A stretch of DNA of 32,000 bases from Bradyrhizobium sp. 4. GTDB taxonomy: Bacteria; Pseudomonadota; Alphaproteobacteria; Rhizobiales; Xanthobacteraceae. Each line of letters opens with the position of its first letter. The stretch's first letter is position 1. A program made the position numbers and the translations under genes. Below are positions 1-8,368 of this stretch, one piece after another. Location: NCBI RefSeq assembly GCF_023100905.1, contig NZ_CP064686.1:6712577-6744576 (forward strand). Reading direction: 5' to 3'. The notes beneath the pieces were generated by a model. The model did no database searches, was not told the origin of the DNA, and saw only the letters and a program-made list of their open reading frames with translations.

Positions 1-1
1 G

Positions 2-406
2 AACAACGTCAGCGCACAGCAACGCGCGGTGGCCGATGCGCTGCTGCGCGCCACCGGCTCGGTGGAATGGGTCGACGATGAGAGCCTGATGGACGCGGTG
101 ACCGCGGTCTCCGGCTCGGGCCCGGCCTATGTGTTCTTGCTGGCCGAAGAACTCGCGCGCGCCGGTGTCGAGGCGGGATTGCCCCAGGCGCTCGCGACAA
201 AACTCGCGCGCGAAACCGTCGCCGGCTCGGGTGAACTTCTCCACCAGTCGGAGCTTGCCTCCGGCACGCTACGCCAGAACGTTACCTCGCCCGGCGGCAC
301 CACGGCCGCGGCACTCGGCGTGCTGATGGGCGAACCAGGCCTGCGCGATCTGATGATCCGCGCGATCGCGGCGGCGACGCAGCGGTCGAAGGAATTGGCG
401 AAGTAA
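2..406 (+). CDS. proC: pyrroline-5-carboxylate reductase, C-terminal part (5' end lies outside the window)
   Basis: The frame is open from the window edge (NNVSAQQRA precedes the track's GTG at 29). It contains SGSGPAYVFLLAEEL and TSPGGTTAAAL, motifs typical of the ProC C-terminal domain. Stop TAA at 404-406. Confidence 0.85.
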   Translation, partial: NNVSAQQRAVADALLRATGSVEWVDDESLMDAVTAVSGSGPAYVFLLAEELARAGVEAGLPQALATKLARETVAGSGELLHQSELASGTLRQNVTSPGGTTAAALGVLMGEPGLRDLMIRAIAAATQRSKELAK

Positions 407-416
407 GGAAGCTATC

Positions 417-520
417 CCCTCATGGTGAGGAGCGAAGGGCCGTCTCGAACCATGCAGGCCCGGCTCTCGCCTGTGGCGATCCTTCGAGACGACCGCTGCG
501 CGGTCTCCTCAGGATGAGGG
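417..520. repeat. REP-like nested palindromic element in the convergent proC/thioesterase gap
   Basis: The outer inverted repeat is cccctcatggtgaggag (417-432) versus ctcctcaggatgaggg (505-520), matching at 14 of 16 positions. The inner inverted repeat is ccgtctcgaa (440-449) versus ttcgagacga (483-492). It lies entirely between two stop codons. Confidence 0.6.
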
Positions 521-535
521 CAGAGCAAGCGGCTG

Positions 536-931
536 CTACGTCGTCCCCAGCCGCTTGTTGAACATCGCTACATTGACGAGCCCGCGCGCGTGGCGGCCTT
601 CGCCGAGTTTTCGCGTGCCCTCGAAGGCCTCGACCTCGAAGCGGATGACGCGGCGCTCGACCGCAATGACCTTCGCGGTAGTCCGCACCGTCGCGCCGAC
701 GAGGCTTGCAGCAAGATGACGGATATCGACCTCGGTGCCGACGGTGACCCAGCCGGGCTGAAGCGCCGCACGAATCGCATCGCCCGACGTCATCTCCATT
801 TCCAGAATCATCATCGGCGTCGCATAGACCATCGGCATGCCGGGCACGAAATGCCCGACCGTGCGCTCCACCGGCACCACCAGCGTGCGCTCGGCGCTCA
901 TGCCGACCTTGATGAAGTCGCGTGCGTCCAT
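536..931 (-). CDS. hotdog-fold thioesterase family protein (FlK-like)
   Basis: The 131-aa product (MDARDFIKVGMSAERTL...VYATPMMILEMEMTSGDAI...VGTEVDIRHLAASLVGATV) resembles small acyl-CoA thioesterases. I trimmed the start to the ATG at 931, which is preceded by GGGGGAGG (complement of 936-943). The track's longer start at 991 reads through a repeat arm. Confidence 0.7.
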   Translation of the reverse strand: MDARDFIKVGMSAERTLVVPVERTVGHFVPGMPMVYATPMMILEMEMTSGDAIRAALQPGWVTVGTEVDIRHLAASLVGATVRTTAKVIAVERRVIRFEVEAFEGTRKLGEGRHARGLVNVAMFNKRLGTT

Positions 932-943
932 GGGGCCTCCCCC

Positions 944-1086
944 GTCGTCCTGGACAAGCGCAGCGAAGCGAAGCGCCGATCCAGGACCCATTACCCCGAC
1001 TGAACATTGTCATGAGCGGCCTAAACCACGACCCGCCGTGACAACTGCCGCTTGGGGTAATGGGTCCTGGCTTTCGCCAGGACGAC
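944..1086. repeat. MITE/REP-like element, copy A (expanded left hairpin)
   Basis: The right arm atgggtcctggctttcgccaggacgac (1060-1086) is identical to 26272-26298. The left arm is gtcgtcctgg (944-953) + a 27-nt insert + ccaggacccat (981-991). There is a 17-bp perfect inverted repeat, ccaggacccattacccc (981-997) versus ggggtaatgggtcctgg (1054-1070). The core between the arms is 68 nt. Confidence 0.6.
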
Positions 1087-1112
1087 AGTTGCGTTTGCAG
1101 CTAGAGCGCGGG

Positions 1113-1316
1113 CTACTTCTTCGCAGCCGCCGCGCGCTCCACGAACGTCTTGCCGCCCTTCATCTTGTGGCGGAGCGGGGCTTCATTGATCTGGATGACG
1201 ACGGCGTCGGCATCGACGCCGAGATTCTTTACCAGCGCCTGGGTGATGTCGCGCATCATGCCGGCCTTCTGCTCGTCGGTGCGGCCTTCGGCCATGCTGA
1301 CAGTGATCTCAGGCAT
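1113..1316 (-). CDS. 4-oxalocrotonate tautomerase family protein
   Basis: The 67-aa product starts MPEITVSMAEGRTDEQK, with the catalytic Pro at position 2 typical of the family. The ATG at 1316 is preceded by AAGGGAGAG. The track's extension to 1397 (MPGLVPGI...) is a translation of a palindromic repeat. Confidence 0.8.
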   Translation of the reverse strand: MPEITVSMAEGRTDEQKAGMMRDITQALVKNLGVDADAVVIQINEAPLRHKMKGGKTFVERAAAAKK

Positions 1317-1374
1317 TTTTCTCTCCCTTGGGCCGAACACCGGCCATTGACGGGCGCCATCAAACAGGAGGCGG

Positions 1375-1397
1375 ATGCCCGGGACAAGCCCGGGCAT
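1375..1397. repeat. GC-rich hairpin repeat (atgcccggg-acaag-cccgggcat) just downstream of the hisS stop
   Basis: It has a 9-bp perfect stem and a 5-nt loop. A related copy, gcccggg-acaatcg-cccgggc, sits at 21307-21327. No U-tract follows it, so it looks more like a REP hairpin than a classical intrinsic terminator. Confidence 0.55.
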
Positions 1398-1415
1398 GGC
1401 GGCGTCAGCGAATAG

Positions 1416-2945
1416 CTAGCCCCAGCTCACGTCATGGCGCGCTAGCACCTCGCGAACTTTGGCGACAAGATCGGCCTCGCTGCACGAGAACTGCGCCGGG
1501 CGGCTCTCACGCCATTCCTGGTTGGAAGCGATCGCGGCTGCCGCCTTCGCGCCCTCGATCAGATCCTTGATCTGCACCTCGCCACGCGCTTTTTCATCCG
1601 AGCCCTGGATGATGACGCAGGGCGCATTGCGGCGATCGGCATATTTGAGCTGGTTGCCCATGTTCTTGGGATTGCCGAGATAGAGCTCGGCGCGGATGCC
1701 GGCGGTTCGCAACGATGCGACCATCTTCTGATAGTCGGCGACGCGGTCGCGGTCGAACACGGTGACGACGACGGGGCCGAACCCGGGCTTCGTGTCGAGC
1801 TTGCCGAGCAGCGTCAGCGCGGCCTGAAGCCGCGACACGCCGATCGAGAAACCGGTCGCCGGCACGGGCTCGCCGCGGAAGCGCGAGACCAGGCCATCGT
1901 AGCGTCCGCCGCCGCCGACCGAGCCGAAGCGCACCGGTCGGCCCTTGTCGTCCCTGGTCTCGAGCAGCAGTTCGACCTCGTAGACGGGGCCGGTGTAATA
2001 TTCGAGGCCGCGCACGACAGAGGGGTCGATCTTGATGCGATCCGCACCGTAACCCGACGCCGTCACTAGTTTCGCGATCTCTTCCAGCTCGCTCACGCCG
2101 GCCTGACCGACTTCGCTCTTGGTGAGATAGGTTTCCGCCGCGGCAATGGCCTCTTTCCAATCATCGCGCGGTTTGGTGATGGCGAGAACGACGTCAGCTT
2201 CCGACGCACTTAGATTGGCGCCCTTCGTGAAGTCGCCCTTGCCTTCTTCGCCTCCATCCCATCTGCCGGGACCGAGGAGCTTGCGAACTTCCTCGGCGGG
2301 AAACTTATCGAGCTTGTCGATTGCGCGCAGCACGGTGAGCCTGCGCGCTGCGTTCTCTTCGCCGCCGAGCCCGATGGCTTCCAGAACGCCGTCGAGCACC
2401 TTGCGGTTGTTCACCTTCACGACATACGAGCCGCGCGCAATGCCCAGCGCCTCCATCGTGTCGGCCGCCATCATGCAGATCTCGGCATCGGCCGCCGGCG
2501 TTGCCGAGCCCACCGTGTCCGCATCGAACTGCATGAACTGGCGGAAGCGACCGGGACCCGGCTTTTCATTGCGGAAGACGTAGCCGACCCGGTAGCTGCG
2601 GTAGGGCAACACGAGAGCGTCGGTGCCGTATCGCTCGCCGACGTAGCGGGCGAGCGGCGCGGTCAAATCGTAGCGCAGCGAGATCCACTGCTCGTCGTCG
2701 TCCTGGAACGAGAACACGCCCTCGTTCGGACGATCCTGGTCGGGCAGGAACTTGCCGAGCGCATCGGTGTATTCCATCGCCGGCGTTTCCACAGGCTCGA
2801 ACCCGTAGAGCTCGTAGACGGTACGGATCTTTTCCACCATCTCGCGCGTCGCCCGGATCGCGGCGGGATTGCGATCCTCGAGCCCGCGCGGCAGGCGCGC
2901 CTTCAGTTTCTGGGGTTTTTTCGATTTTTCGGCCATGCGCGGCAT
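1416..2945 (-). CDS. hisS: histidine--tRNA ligase
   Basis: The 509-aa class II aaRS has the basic N-terminal extension seen in alphaproteobacterial HisS, plus motifs such as [24 protein letters not shown] and GGGGRYDGL. The start could instead be the ATG at 2936. Confidence 0.93.
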   Translation of the reverse strand: MPRMAEKSKKPQKLKARLPRGLEDRNPAAIRATREMVEKIRTVYELYGFEPVETPAMEYTDALGKFLPDQDRPNEGVFSFQDDDEQWISLRYDLTAPLARYVGERYGTDALVLPYRSYRVGYVFRNEKPGPGRFRQFMQFDADTVGSATPAADAEICMMAADTMEALGIARGSYVVKVNNRKVLDGVLEAIGLGGEENAARRLTVLRAIDKLDKFPAEEVRKLLGPGRWDGGEEGKGDFTKGANLSASEADVVLAITKPRDDWKEAIAAAETYLTKSEVGQAGVSELEEIAKLVTASGYGADRIKIDPSVVRGLEYYTGPVYEVELLLETRDDKGRPVRFGSVGGGGRYDGLVSRFRGEPVPATGFSIGVSRLQAALTLLGKLDTKPGFGPVVVTVFDRDRVADYQKMVASLRTAGIRAELYLGNPKNMGNQLKYADRRNAPCVIIQGSDEKARGEVQIKDLIEGAKAAAAIASNQEWRESRPAQFSCSEADLVAKVREVLARHDVSWG

Positions 2946-2986
2946 TTACCAGCCGACGCGCGAAGCGGCAACTGCCGGGTAGGCCC

Positions 2987-3511
2987 TTACGGCTGCTCCA
3001 TCCGTGCCCGCAGCGCATCGGCATCCGCTTTCGGGAGCGACTTCAGCGTTGGCTTGATGGTTTCGCCGCCGACGATCTTGCCGTTGCGCATGAACATCCA
3101 GTCCGAGATGTCGGCTTCAGTGAATTCGACCTTGTCGCCTGCCCGCTTGCCCGGCAGATCGCGTGGCTCGTTGGCGAAGAGGCCGGAATAGCCCCCATTG
3201 GGTAGCTTCTTCACCTCGGCCATCCAGATGTGCTCACCGCCTTTGCGGGTCGAAAAGTGCACCTTCAGGGCGTGCCCCGTTTCCGACGGTTTCGGCGCCT
3301 CGTAGGAGGCCCAGAAGGTCGGCAGCGCGCCGCGGGCGCGCGCGATCGCGGTGTTCATCTCCGGATCAGTGTTGCGCACATCGACAACGGGCGAACGGCC
3401 CTCAGCGGAGACGTCCGGCTTGGGGCCGATGGTCAGGATGCCAAAGACGGTGACGCCGGTGATTGCGGCGAGAACGACCCATTTCAGGGACTGGGGAAGA
3501 GTGGATGTCAT
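2987..3511 (-). CDS. DUF2314 domain-containing protein with an N-terminal signal/anchor
   Basis: It has a hydrophobic N-terminus (WVVLAAITGVTVFGILTI). The C-terminal region HIWMAEVKKLPNGGYSGLFANEPRDL...ISDWMFMRNGKIVGG matches my memory of DUF2314 (YegJ-like). Confidence 0.65.
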   Translation of the reverse strand: MTSTLPQSLKWVVLAAITGVTVFGILTIGPKPDVSAEGRSPVVDVRNTDPEMNTAIARARGALPTFWASYEAPKPSETGHALKVHFSTRKGGEHIWMAEVKKLPNGGYSGLFANEPRDLPGKRAGDKVEFTEADISDWMFMRNGKIVGGETIKPTLKSLPKADADALRARMEQP

Positions 3512-3595
3512 GATCGCAATGTCCGGAAAACTCGATGTCCAGGTATTCGAGGTCTCGGACTTTGTCGCACGATCATCGTGTCGCGTTCATTGCGC

Positions 3596-3623
3596 CTCTC
3601 TCTCCCCGCGAGCGGAGAGAGAG
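3596..3623 (-). terminator. stem-loop made of (CT)n/(GA)n runs downstream of ilvE
   Basis: A 10-bp stem pairs 3596-3605 (cctctctctcc region) with 3614-3623 (ggagagagag), leaving an 8-nt loop. On the minus strand the T5 run comes before the hairpin rather than after it, so terminator function is uncertain. Confidence 0.35.
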
Positions 3624-3633
3624 AGGGCAAAAA

Positions 3634-4716
3634 TCAAGACAGATTGCGGATCCAGTTATGCGGATCGTTGGTGCGGCCGTACTGGATGTCGACGAGCTGC
3701 TTGCGCAGGCCCATGGCGACGGGGCCGGCGGCGCCGCCGCTGATCTCGAAATCGCCGCTCACTGAGCGCACCGTGCCGATCGGCGAGATCACGGCGGCCG
3801 TGCCGCAGGCAAACGCCTCCTTCAGCTTGCCGCTTGCCGCATCCTTGCGCCACTGGTCGAGCGAATACGGCTCCTCGCGCACGGTTTTCCCGGCGTCCTT
3901 GGCCAGCGCAATGATGGAATCGCGGGTGATGCCGGGCAGGATCGTGCCGAGCGGCGGCGTCGAGAGCGAGCCGTCGTCGAACACGAAGAACACGTTCATG
4001 CCGCCGAGCTCTTCGATGTAGCGGCGCTCGATCGCATCGAGAAACACGACTTGGTCGCAGCCGTGCTGGATCGCTTCGGCCTGGGCGCGCAGGCTTGCGG
4101 CATAGTTGCCGCCGCATTTGACGGCGCCGGTGCCGCCGACGGCAGCGCGCGTGTAGTTCTCGGACACCCAGATCGAGACTGGCGCGGGGCCGCCCTTGAA
4201 GTAGGAGCCGACCGGCGAGGCGATCACCGCGAAGATGTATTCGGACGACGGCTTGACGCCGAGGAAGGTCTCGCTCGCGATCATGAACGGGCGCAGGTAA
4301 AGGCTGCCCTCGCCGCCCGGCATCCAGGCGCGGTCGATGCGCACGATTTGCTCGACGGCCTCGATGAAGACGTCTTCGGGGAGCTGCGCCATCGCCATGC
4401 GGTCCGCCGAGTCCTTGAAGCGCCGCGCATTGGCGTCGGGGCGGAACAGGTTCACGCCGCCGTCATCGCGCTTGTAGGCCTTGAGGCCTTCAAAAATTTC
4501 CTGGGCGTAGTGCAGGACGGCGCCGGCCGGATCGAGCTGGAAATTGGCGCGGGCCTCGACACGCGCCTCGTACCAGCCGCCCTTGGCCTGGTTGTAGCGG
4601 ACCACCGCCATGTGATCGGTGAAGACCCGCCCGAAGCCGGGGTCCACCAGCTTGGCGACCCGATCCTTCTCGGGGGTCGGATTGGGTGCGGGCTGGATGT
4701 CGAATTTCATGCTCAT
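3634..4716 (-). CDS. ilvE: branched-chain amino acid aminotransferase (class IV, long form)
   Basis: The product begins MSMKFDIQPAPNP...FTDHMAVVRY...LHYAQEIFEGLKAYK and contains GGTGAVKCGGNYAASL. I trimmed the start to the ATG at 4716, which lies 7 nt after GGGAGG. Confidence 0.9.
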   Translation of the reverse strand: MSMKFDIQPAPNPTPEKDRVAKLVDPGFGRVFTDHMAVVRYNQAKGGWYEARVEARANFQLDPAGAVLHYAQEIFEGLKAYKRDDGGVNLFRPDANARRFKDSADRMAMAQLPEDVFIEAVEQIVRIDRAWMPGGEGSLYLRPFMIASETFLGVKPSSEYIFAVIASPVGSYFKGGPAPVSIWVSENYTRAAVGGTGAVKCGGNYAASLRAQAEAIQHGCDQVVFLDAIERRYIEELGGMNVFFVFDDGSLSTPPLGTILPGITRDSIIALAKDAGKTVREEPYSLDQWRKDAASGKLKEAFACGTAAVISPIGTVRSVSGDFEISGGAAGPVAMGLRKQLVDIQYGRTNDPHNWIRNLS

Positions 4717-4993
4717 GTCCTTGCCTCCCGCTGCCGGTAGCGGCGCCGTTGTGGCACCCACCTGCCCCGATTTGGGCCCGGCTGGCTCAATTGGTTTCTG
4801 GCCGGACCGCCGCCAGCCTTGTTACGGCCGGTTTCCGTGGCCAGCATGTCACCGAGGACATGCTTTTGCGGAAGACGGAAGTCCAGTATGTTTTGCCGAA
4901 ATGCCGTTCGACAATCGCACGGTTGATCTGCTCCGGCCGTCGCCGCCTGTCTGGCCCACTGGGGCCGCCTTGCTTCGATGCCCACCCGACGCG

Positions 4994-5027
4994 AAACGAT
5001 CTAAAATTTCGTACGGGCCGATCGTTT
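4994..5027. promoter_or_regulatory. candidate operator: inverted repeat aaacgatc-N18-gatcgttt upstream of the MarR gene
   Basis: An 8-bp perfect inverted repeat (4994-5001 and 5020-5027) lies about 30 nt upstream of the MarR ATG, inside the ilvE/marR divergent region. MarR proteins usually autoregulate through palindromes. There is no further support. Confidence 0.2.
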
Positions 5028-5055
5028 TGTAACATTGAAACCAAGATACGTCAAT

Positions 5056-5595
5056 ATGCCTGACATAACTTTCGCGACTCCTTCTCAAGACGCTGCCGGG
5101 CCGCGGCCGGCCGCAGACGACGGAGGCAATTTGCGCTGGGATATCATCGAACTGCTGTTCTTCGCCTATCGCGATTTCGTCGGCGATCCCGACCAGGAGC
5201 TGGAGGCGTTCGGCTTCGGCCGGGCCCATCACCGCGTCATGCACTTTGTTTATCGTTATCCCGGCCTCAAGGTCGCCGACCTCCTCGACGTCCTGCGCAT
5301 CACCAAGCAATCGCTCGGCCGGGTGCTCAAGCAGCTCCTGGACGAGGGCTATATCGTCCAGAAGACCGGCGACAATGATCGCCGCCAACGCCTGCTGTTT
5401 GCGACACCGAAGGGCGAGGCGCTGGTGCAGAAGCTCGCCGGTCTCCAGACCACGCGCATCACCAAGGCGCTCGCCGAGATGGCGCCGCAGGATGCCGAAA
5501 CCGTCAAGCGCTTCCTGCGCGCGATGATCGACCGCGACGATCCCGACAAGGTGCTCGAAACGATCTTCGCCACCGTCAATCAGGACAAGGAGTGA
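5056..5595 (+). CDS. MarR family transcriptional regulator
   Basis: It has a winged-HTH region, VADLLDVLRITKQSLGRVLKQLLDEGYIVQKTGDNDRRQRLL. I chose the ATG at 5056 over the track's TTG at 5035. Neither has a strong SD sequence. The stop overlaps the next gene's GTG (GTGA at 5592-5595). Confidence 0.85.
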   Translation: MPDITFATPSQDAAGPRPAADDGGNLRWDIIELLFFAYRDFVGDPDQELEAFGFGRAHHRVMHFVYRYPGLKVADLLDVLRITKQSLGRVLKQLLDEGYIVQKTGDNDRRQRLLFATPKGEALVQKLAGLQTTRITKALAEMAPQDAETVKRFLRAMIDRDDPDKVLETIFATVNQDKE

Positions 5596-6323
5596 CCGTG
5601 CCGCTCGCTGCCACGCTCGCACGCCCGCCGGCACGCCCCGCCGACGATGCTCCGCATCTCCTGCTGGTTGACGACGACCGCCGCATCCGCGACCTGCTCT
5701 CGCGCTTCCTTGCTGGCGAAGGCTATCGGGTCTCGACCGCAGCCAGCGCCAGCGACGCCCGTTCCAAGCTTTTGGGCCTGCACTTCGACCTCTTGATCCT
5801 GGATGTCATGATGCCCGGCGAGACCGGCTTCGATCTCGCCCGTTTCATCCGGACTTCGTCCTCGGTACCGATCGTGATGCTGACGGCGCGGCATGAAGCC
5901 GAAGCGCGCATTGAGGGCCTGCAGATCGGCGCCGACGATTACGTCGCAAAGCCGTTCGAGCCGCGCGAGCTTGCGCTACGCATCAACAACATCCTCAAGC
6001 GCGCTGCGCCGCCGCCGCAGGCCGCTGCAGTGGAGAAGATCGCGTTTGGCCCGTACATCTATCACCTCGACCGCGGCGAACTGCGCCAAGGCGAAGACGT
6101 CATTCACCTGACCGACCGCGAGCGCGAGATGCTGCGGATCCTGTCGGAGACACCGGGCGAGACCGTGCCGCGCAGCGCGCTGACCGGCAATGGCAGCGTG
6201 AACGAGCGCGCCGTCGACGTGCAGATCAACCGCCTGCGGCGCAAGATCGAGACCGATCCCGCCAATCCGCTGTTCCTCCAGGCCGTGCGCGGCATCGGCT
6301 ACCGGCTGGTAGCCTCGCCATAA
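5592..6323 (+). CDS. OmpR-family response regulator (tentatively CenR/PetR-like)
   Basis: The receiver domain shows LLLVDDD, the phospho-acceptor context LLILDVMMPG, and YVAKPF. The C-terminal winged helix ends in RGIGYRL. The GTG start overlaps the MarR stop. Confidence 0.9.
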   Translation: MTVPLAATLARPPARPADDAPHLLLVDDDRRIRDLLSRFLAGEGYRVSTAASASDARSKLLGLHFDLLILDVMMPGETGFDLARFIRTSSSVPIVMLTARHEAEARIEGLQIGADDYVAKPFEPRELALRINNILKRAAPPPQAAAVEKIAFGPYIYHLDRGELRQGEDVIHLTDREREMLRILSETPGETVPRSALTGNGSVNERAVDVQINRLRRKIETDPANPLFLQAVRGIGYRLVASP

Positions 6324-6340
6324 AGAGTGAAGCGCCACCG

Positions 6341-7729
6341 ATGAGCACGATCGATAGCGGCCTGACGCTTTTGAAGAGCGCCGCCGGCCGCGTCTCCGCC
6401 GCCAATGGCTGGATGGGCAATGCGTTCAAGGGCTGGATGCCGACCGGCCTCTACGCGCGTGCGCTGCTGATCATGATCGTGCCGATGGTGATCCTGCAAT
6501 CGGTCGTCGCCTTCGTGTTCATGGAGCGGCACTGGAACACGGTGACACGGCGGCTGTCGGCCGCGGTGGTGCAGGACATCGCCGCGCTGATCGACGTCTA
6601 CAAGGGCTATCCGCAAGACAGGGATCGCGACCAGATCCGCCGCATCGCGCAGCAACGCCTGGGCCTCGTCGTCGATTTCCTCCCGGCCGGCGACATGCCG
6701 CCGCCGGGACCCAAGCCGTTCTTCTCGCTGCTCGACCAGACGCTGTCGGTGCAGCTCGGCCGCCAGATCGGGCGCTCCTTCTGGATCGACACGGTCGGCC
6801 GCTCCAATCTGGTCGAGATCCGGATCCAGCTCGACGACGCCGTGATGCGCGTGTTCGCGCAGCGCAGCGCCGCCTATGCCTCGAACTCGGAGATCTTCCT
6901 GTTCTGGATGGTCGGAACGTCCTCGATCCTGCTGATCGTCGCGGTGCTATTCCTGCGCAACCAGATCAAGCCGATCCTGCGACTTGCCGACGCCGCCGAG
7001 AGTTTTGGCAAGGGCCGCGAGGCGCCGAATTTCCGCCCGCGCGGCGCGCGCGAGGTGCGGCGCGCGTCGGTCGCCTTCCTCGAAATGAAGTCGCGCATCG
7101 AGCGGACGATGGAGCAGCGCACCGCGATGCTCGCCGGCGTCAGCCACGATCTGCGCACGATCCTGACGCGGTTCAAGCTCGAGCTGGCGCTGATCGGCGA
7201 CAGCCCCGAAATGGAGGGCATGCGCAAGGACGTCGACGAGATGTCGATGATGCTCGAGGACTACCTCGCGTTTGCTCGCGGCGATTCCGGCGAGCAGTCG
7301 CAGCCGACCGACATGGCCCAGGCGCTCGAGGAGCTGCGCAGCGACGCCGAACGCCACGGCCACACGGCGACAGTCGCATTCAACGGGCTGCCCGTGGTCA
7401 CGGTGAAGCCGGCCTCGTTCAAGCGCTGCCTTGCCAACCTCGTCACCAACGCCGCCCGCTACGGCAAGAGCATCGCCATCACCGGCCAGCGCGATCACCG
7501 TTATTTGACCGTGACGGTCGACGACGACGGGCCGGGCATTCCCACCCATTTGCGCGAAGAGGTGTTCAAGCCGTTCCTGCGGCTGGACAACGCCCGCAAC
7601 CAGGATGAAGGCGGCACGGGCCTCGGCCTCGCGATCGCCCGCGACATCGCCCGTTCGCATGGCGGCGACATCACCCTTGGCGACAGCCCGATGGGCGGAT
7701 TAAGAGCGAGCGTGCGGATACCGGTGTAG
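6341..7729 (+). CDS. EnvZ-like sensor histidine kinase (2 TM, HAMP, HisKA, HATPase_c)
   Basis: It has the H-box AGVSHDLRTILTRF, N-box LANLVTNAARYG, G1 DDDGPGIP and G2 GGTGLGLAIARDI. Two hydrophobic segments flank a region of about 130 aa that is probably periplasmic. It begins 17 nt after the regulator's stop. Confidence 0.9.
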   Translation: MSTIDSGLTLLKSAAGRVSAANGWMGNAFKGWMPTGLYARALLIMIVPMVILQSVVAFVFMERHWNTVTRRLSAAVVQDIAALIDVYKGYPQDRDRDQIRRIAQQRLGLVVDFLPAGDMPPPGPKPFFSLLDQTLSVQLGRQIGRSFWIDTVGRSNLVEIRIQLDDAVMRVFAQRSAAYASNSEIFLFWMVGTSSILLIVAVLFLRNQIKPILRLADAAESFGKGREAPNFRPRGAREVRRASVAFLEMKSRIERTMEQRTAMLAGVSHDLRTILTRFKLELALIGDSPEMEGMRKDVDEMSMMLEDYLAFARGDSGEQSQPTDMAQALEELRSDAERHGHTATVAFNGLPVVTVKPASFKRCLANLVTNAARYGKSIAITGQRDHRYLTVTVDDDGPGIPTHLREEVFKPFLRLDNARNQDEGGTGLGLAIARDIARSHGGDITLGDSPMGGLRASVRIPV

Positions 7730-7742
7730 GCGCGGGACTTCA

Positions 7743-7765
7743 CTCCCCCGTAAGAACGGGGCGAG
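7743..7765. terminator. weak hairpin between the convergent kinase and DUF3617 genes
   Basis: ccccg (7746-7750) pairs with cgggg (7757-7761) around the loop taagaa. The stem can be extended by ctc/gag with one bulge. There is no U-tract. Confidence 0.25.
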
Positions 7766-7795
7766 GGAGCGCACGTGGTTGCGCGGCGATCTCAC

Positions 7796-8326
7796 CTACT
7801 TCGGCAACAGCGCTTTCAGCTTGTCCATGTCACGCACGTTCATCTTGAAGCCGCCGGGCATCACGATGTCGCCGGGCTTCTGGTCCGGCTTGCAGGCACC
7901 CAGCCATTTCGCTTCGAGCTGCATGGTCGTGTCGCGGCCTGCCGCGCCGGCGGCGCCGCCTTGCGCGTGCGACGACGTCTTCACCGTATAGGCCGAATTG
8001 AAATCGCCGGTGATCTCAGCATGCGAGGTCGTGCTGATGCCAGCGACATTGCATTCGGAATCGCTGACATAGCCGGTTGCGGTCTTCTTGATGTCCTGCT
8101 TAGCGCAGATCTGCTTGGCCATCGGGGAGATGTTGTTGTTCATCTCCTTGTCGACGGTCTCGTCGGTGCAGTGCTGCATGGTCATCTCGGGCACCGGCGT
8201 GCCGGTCCTGACCATCTTCAATTCCCACAGGCCCGCCTTGCGCACCGGCAGGTCGTCAGCGCGGGCGCTGGCTGCCGAGAAGACGAGGCAAAGGGCGGAG
8301 CCGAGCAAAGCGAGTTTGCGCGTCAT
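7796..8326 (-). CDS. DUF3617 domain-containing secreted protein
   Basis: The signal peptide is MTRKLALLGSALCLVFSAASARA|DD. The mature part, LPVRKAGLWELKM...MTMQHCTDE, matches my memory of DUF3617 and has 4 Cys. GGGAGC lies 7 nt upstream of the ATG. Confidence 0.7.
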   Translation of the reverse strand: MTRKLALLGSALCLVFSAASARADDLPVRKAGLWELKMVRTGTPVPEMTMQHCTDETVDKEMNNNISPMAKQICAKQDIKKTATGYVSDSECNVAGISTTSHAEITGDFNSAYTVKTSSHAQGGAAGAAGRDTTMQLEAKWLGACKPDQKPGDIVMPGGFKMNVRDMDKLKALLPK

Positions 8327-8368
8327 GTCGGAAGCTCCCGGCTGCGATGGCGGCGTTGCGAAAGCGCC

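Noticed and set aside
536-1397. Longer N-termini given by the ORF track for the thioesterase (to 991) and the tautomerase (to 1397)
   Set aside because: The extra residues (MGPGSALRFAALVQDD... and MPGLVPGIRLL...) are translations of palindromic repeat arms. Internal ATGs with strong SD sequences give products of family-typical length.
4762-5034. Small ORFs in the ilvE/marR divergent region (4686-5063 +, 4713-4985 -, 4787-5044 -)
   Set aside because: They overlap one another and lack SD sequences, and their products are Arg/Pro-rich. The region is better explained as a divergent promoter region.
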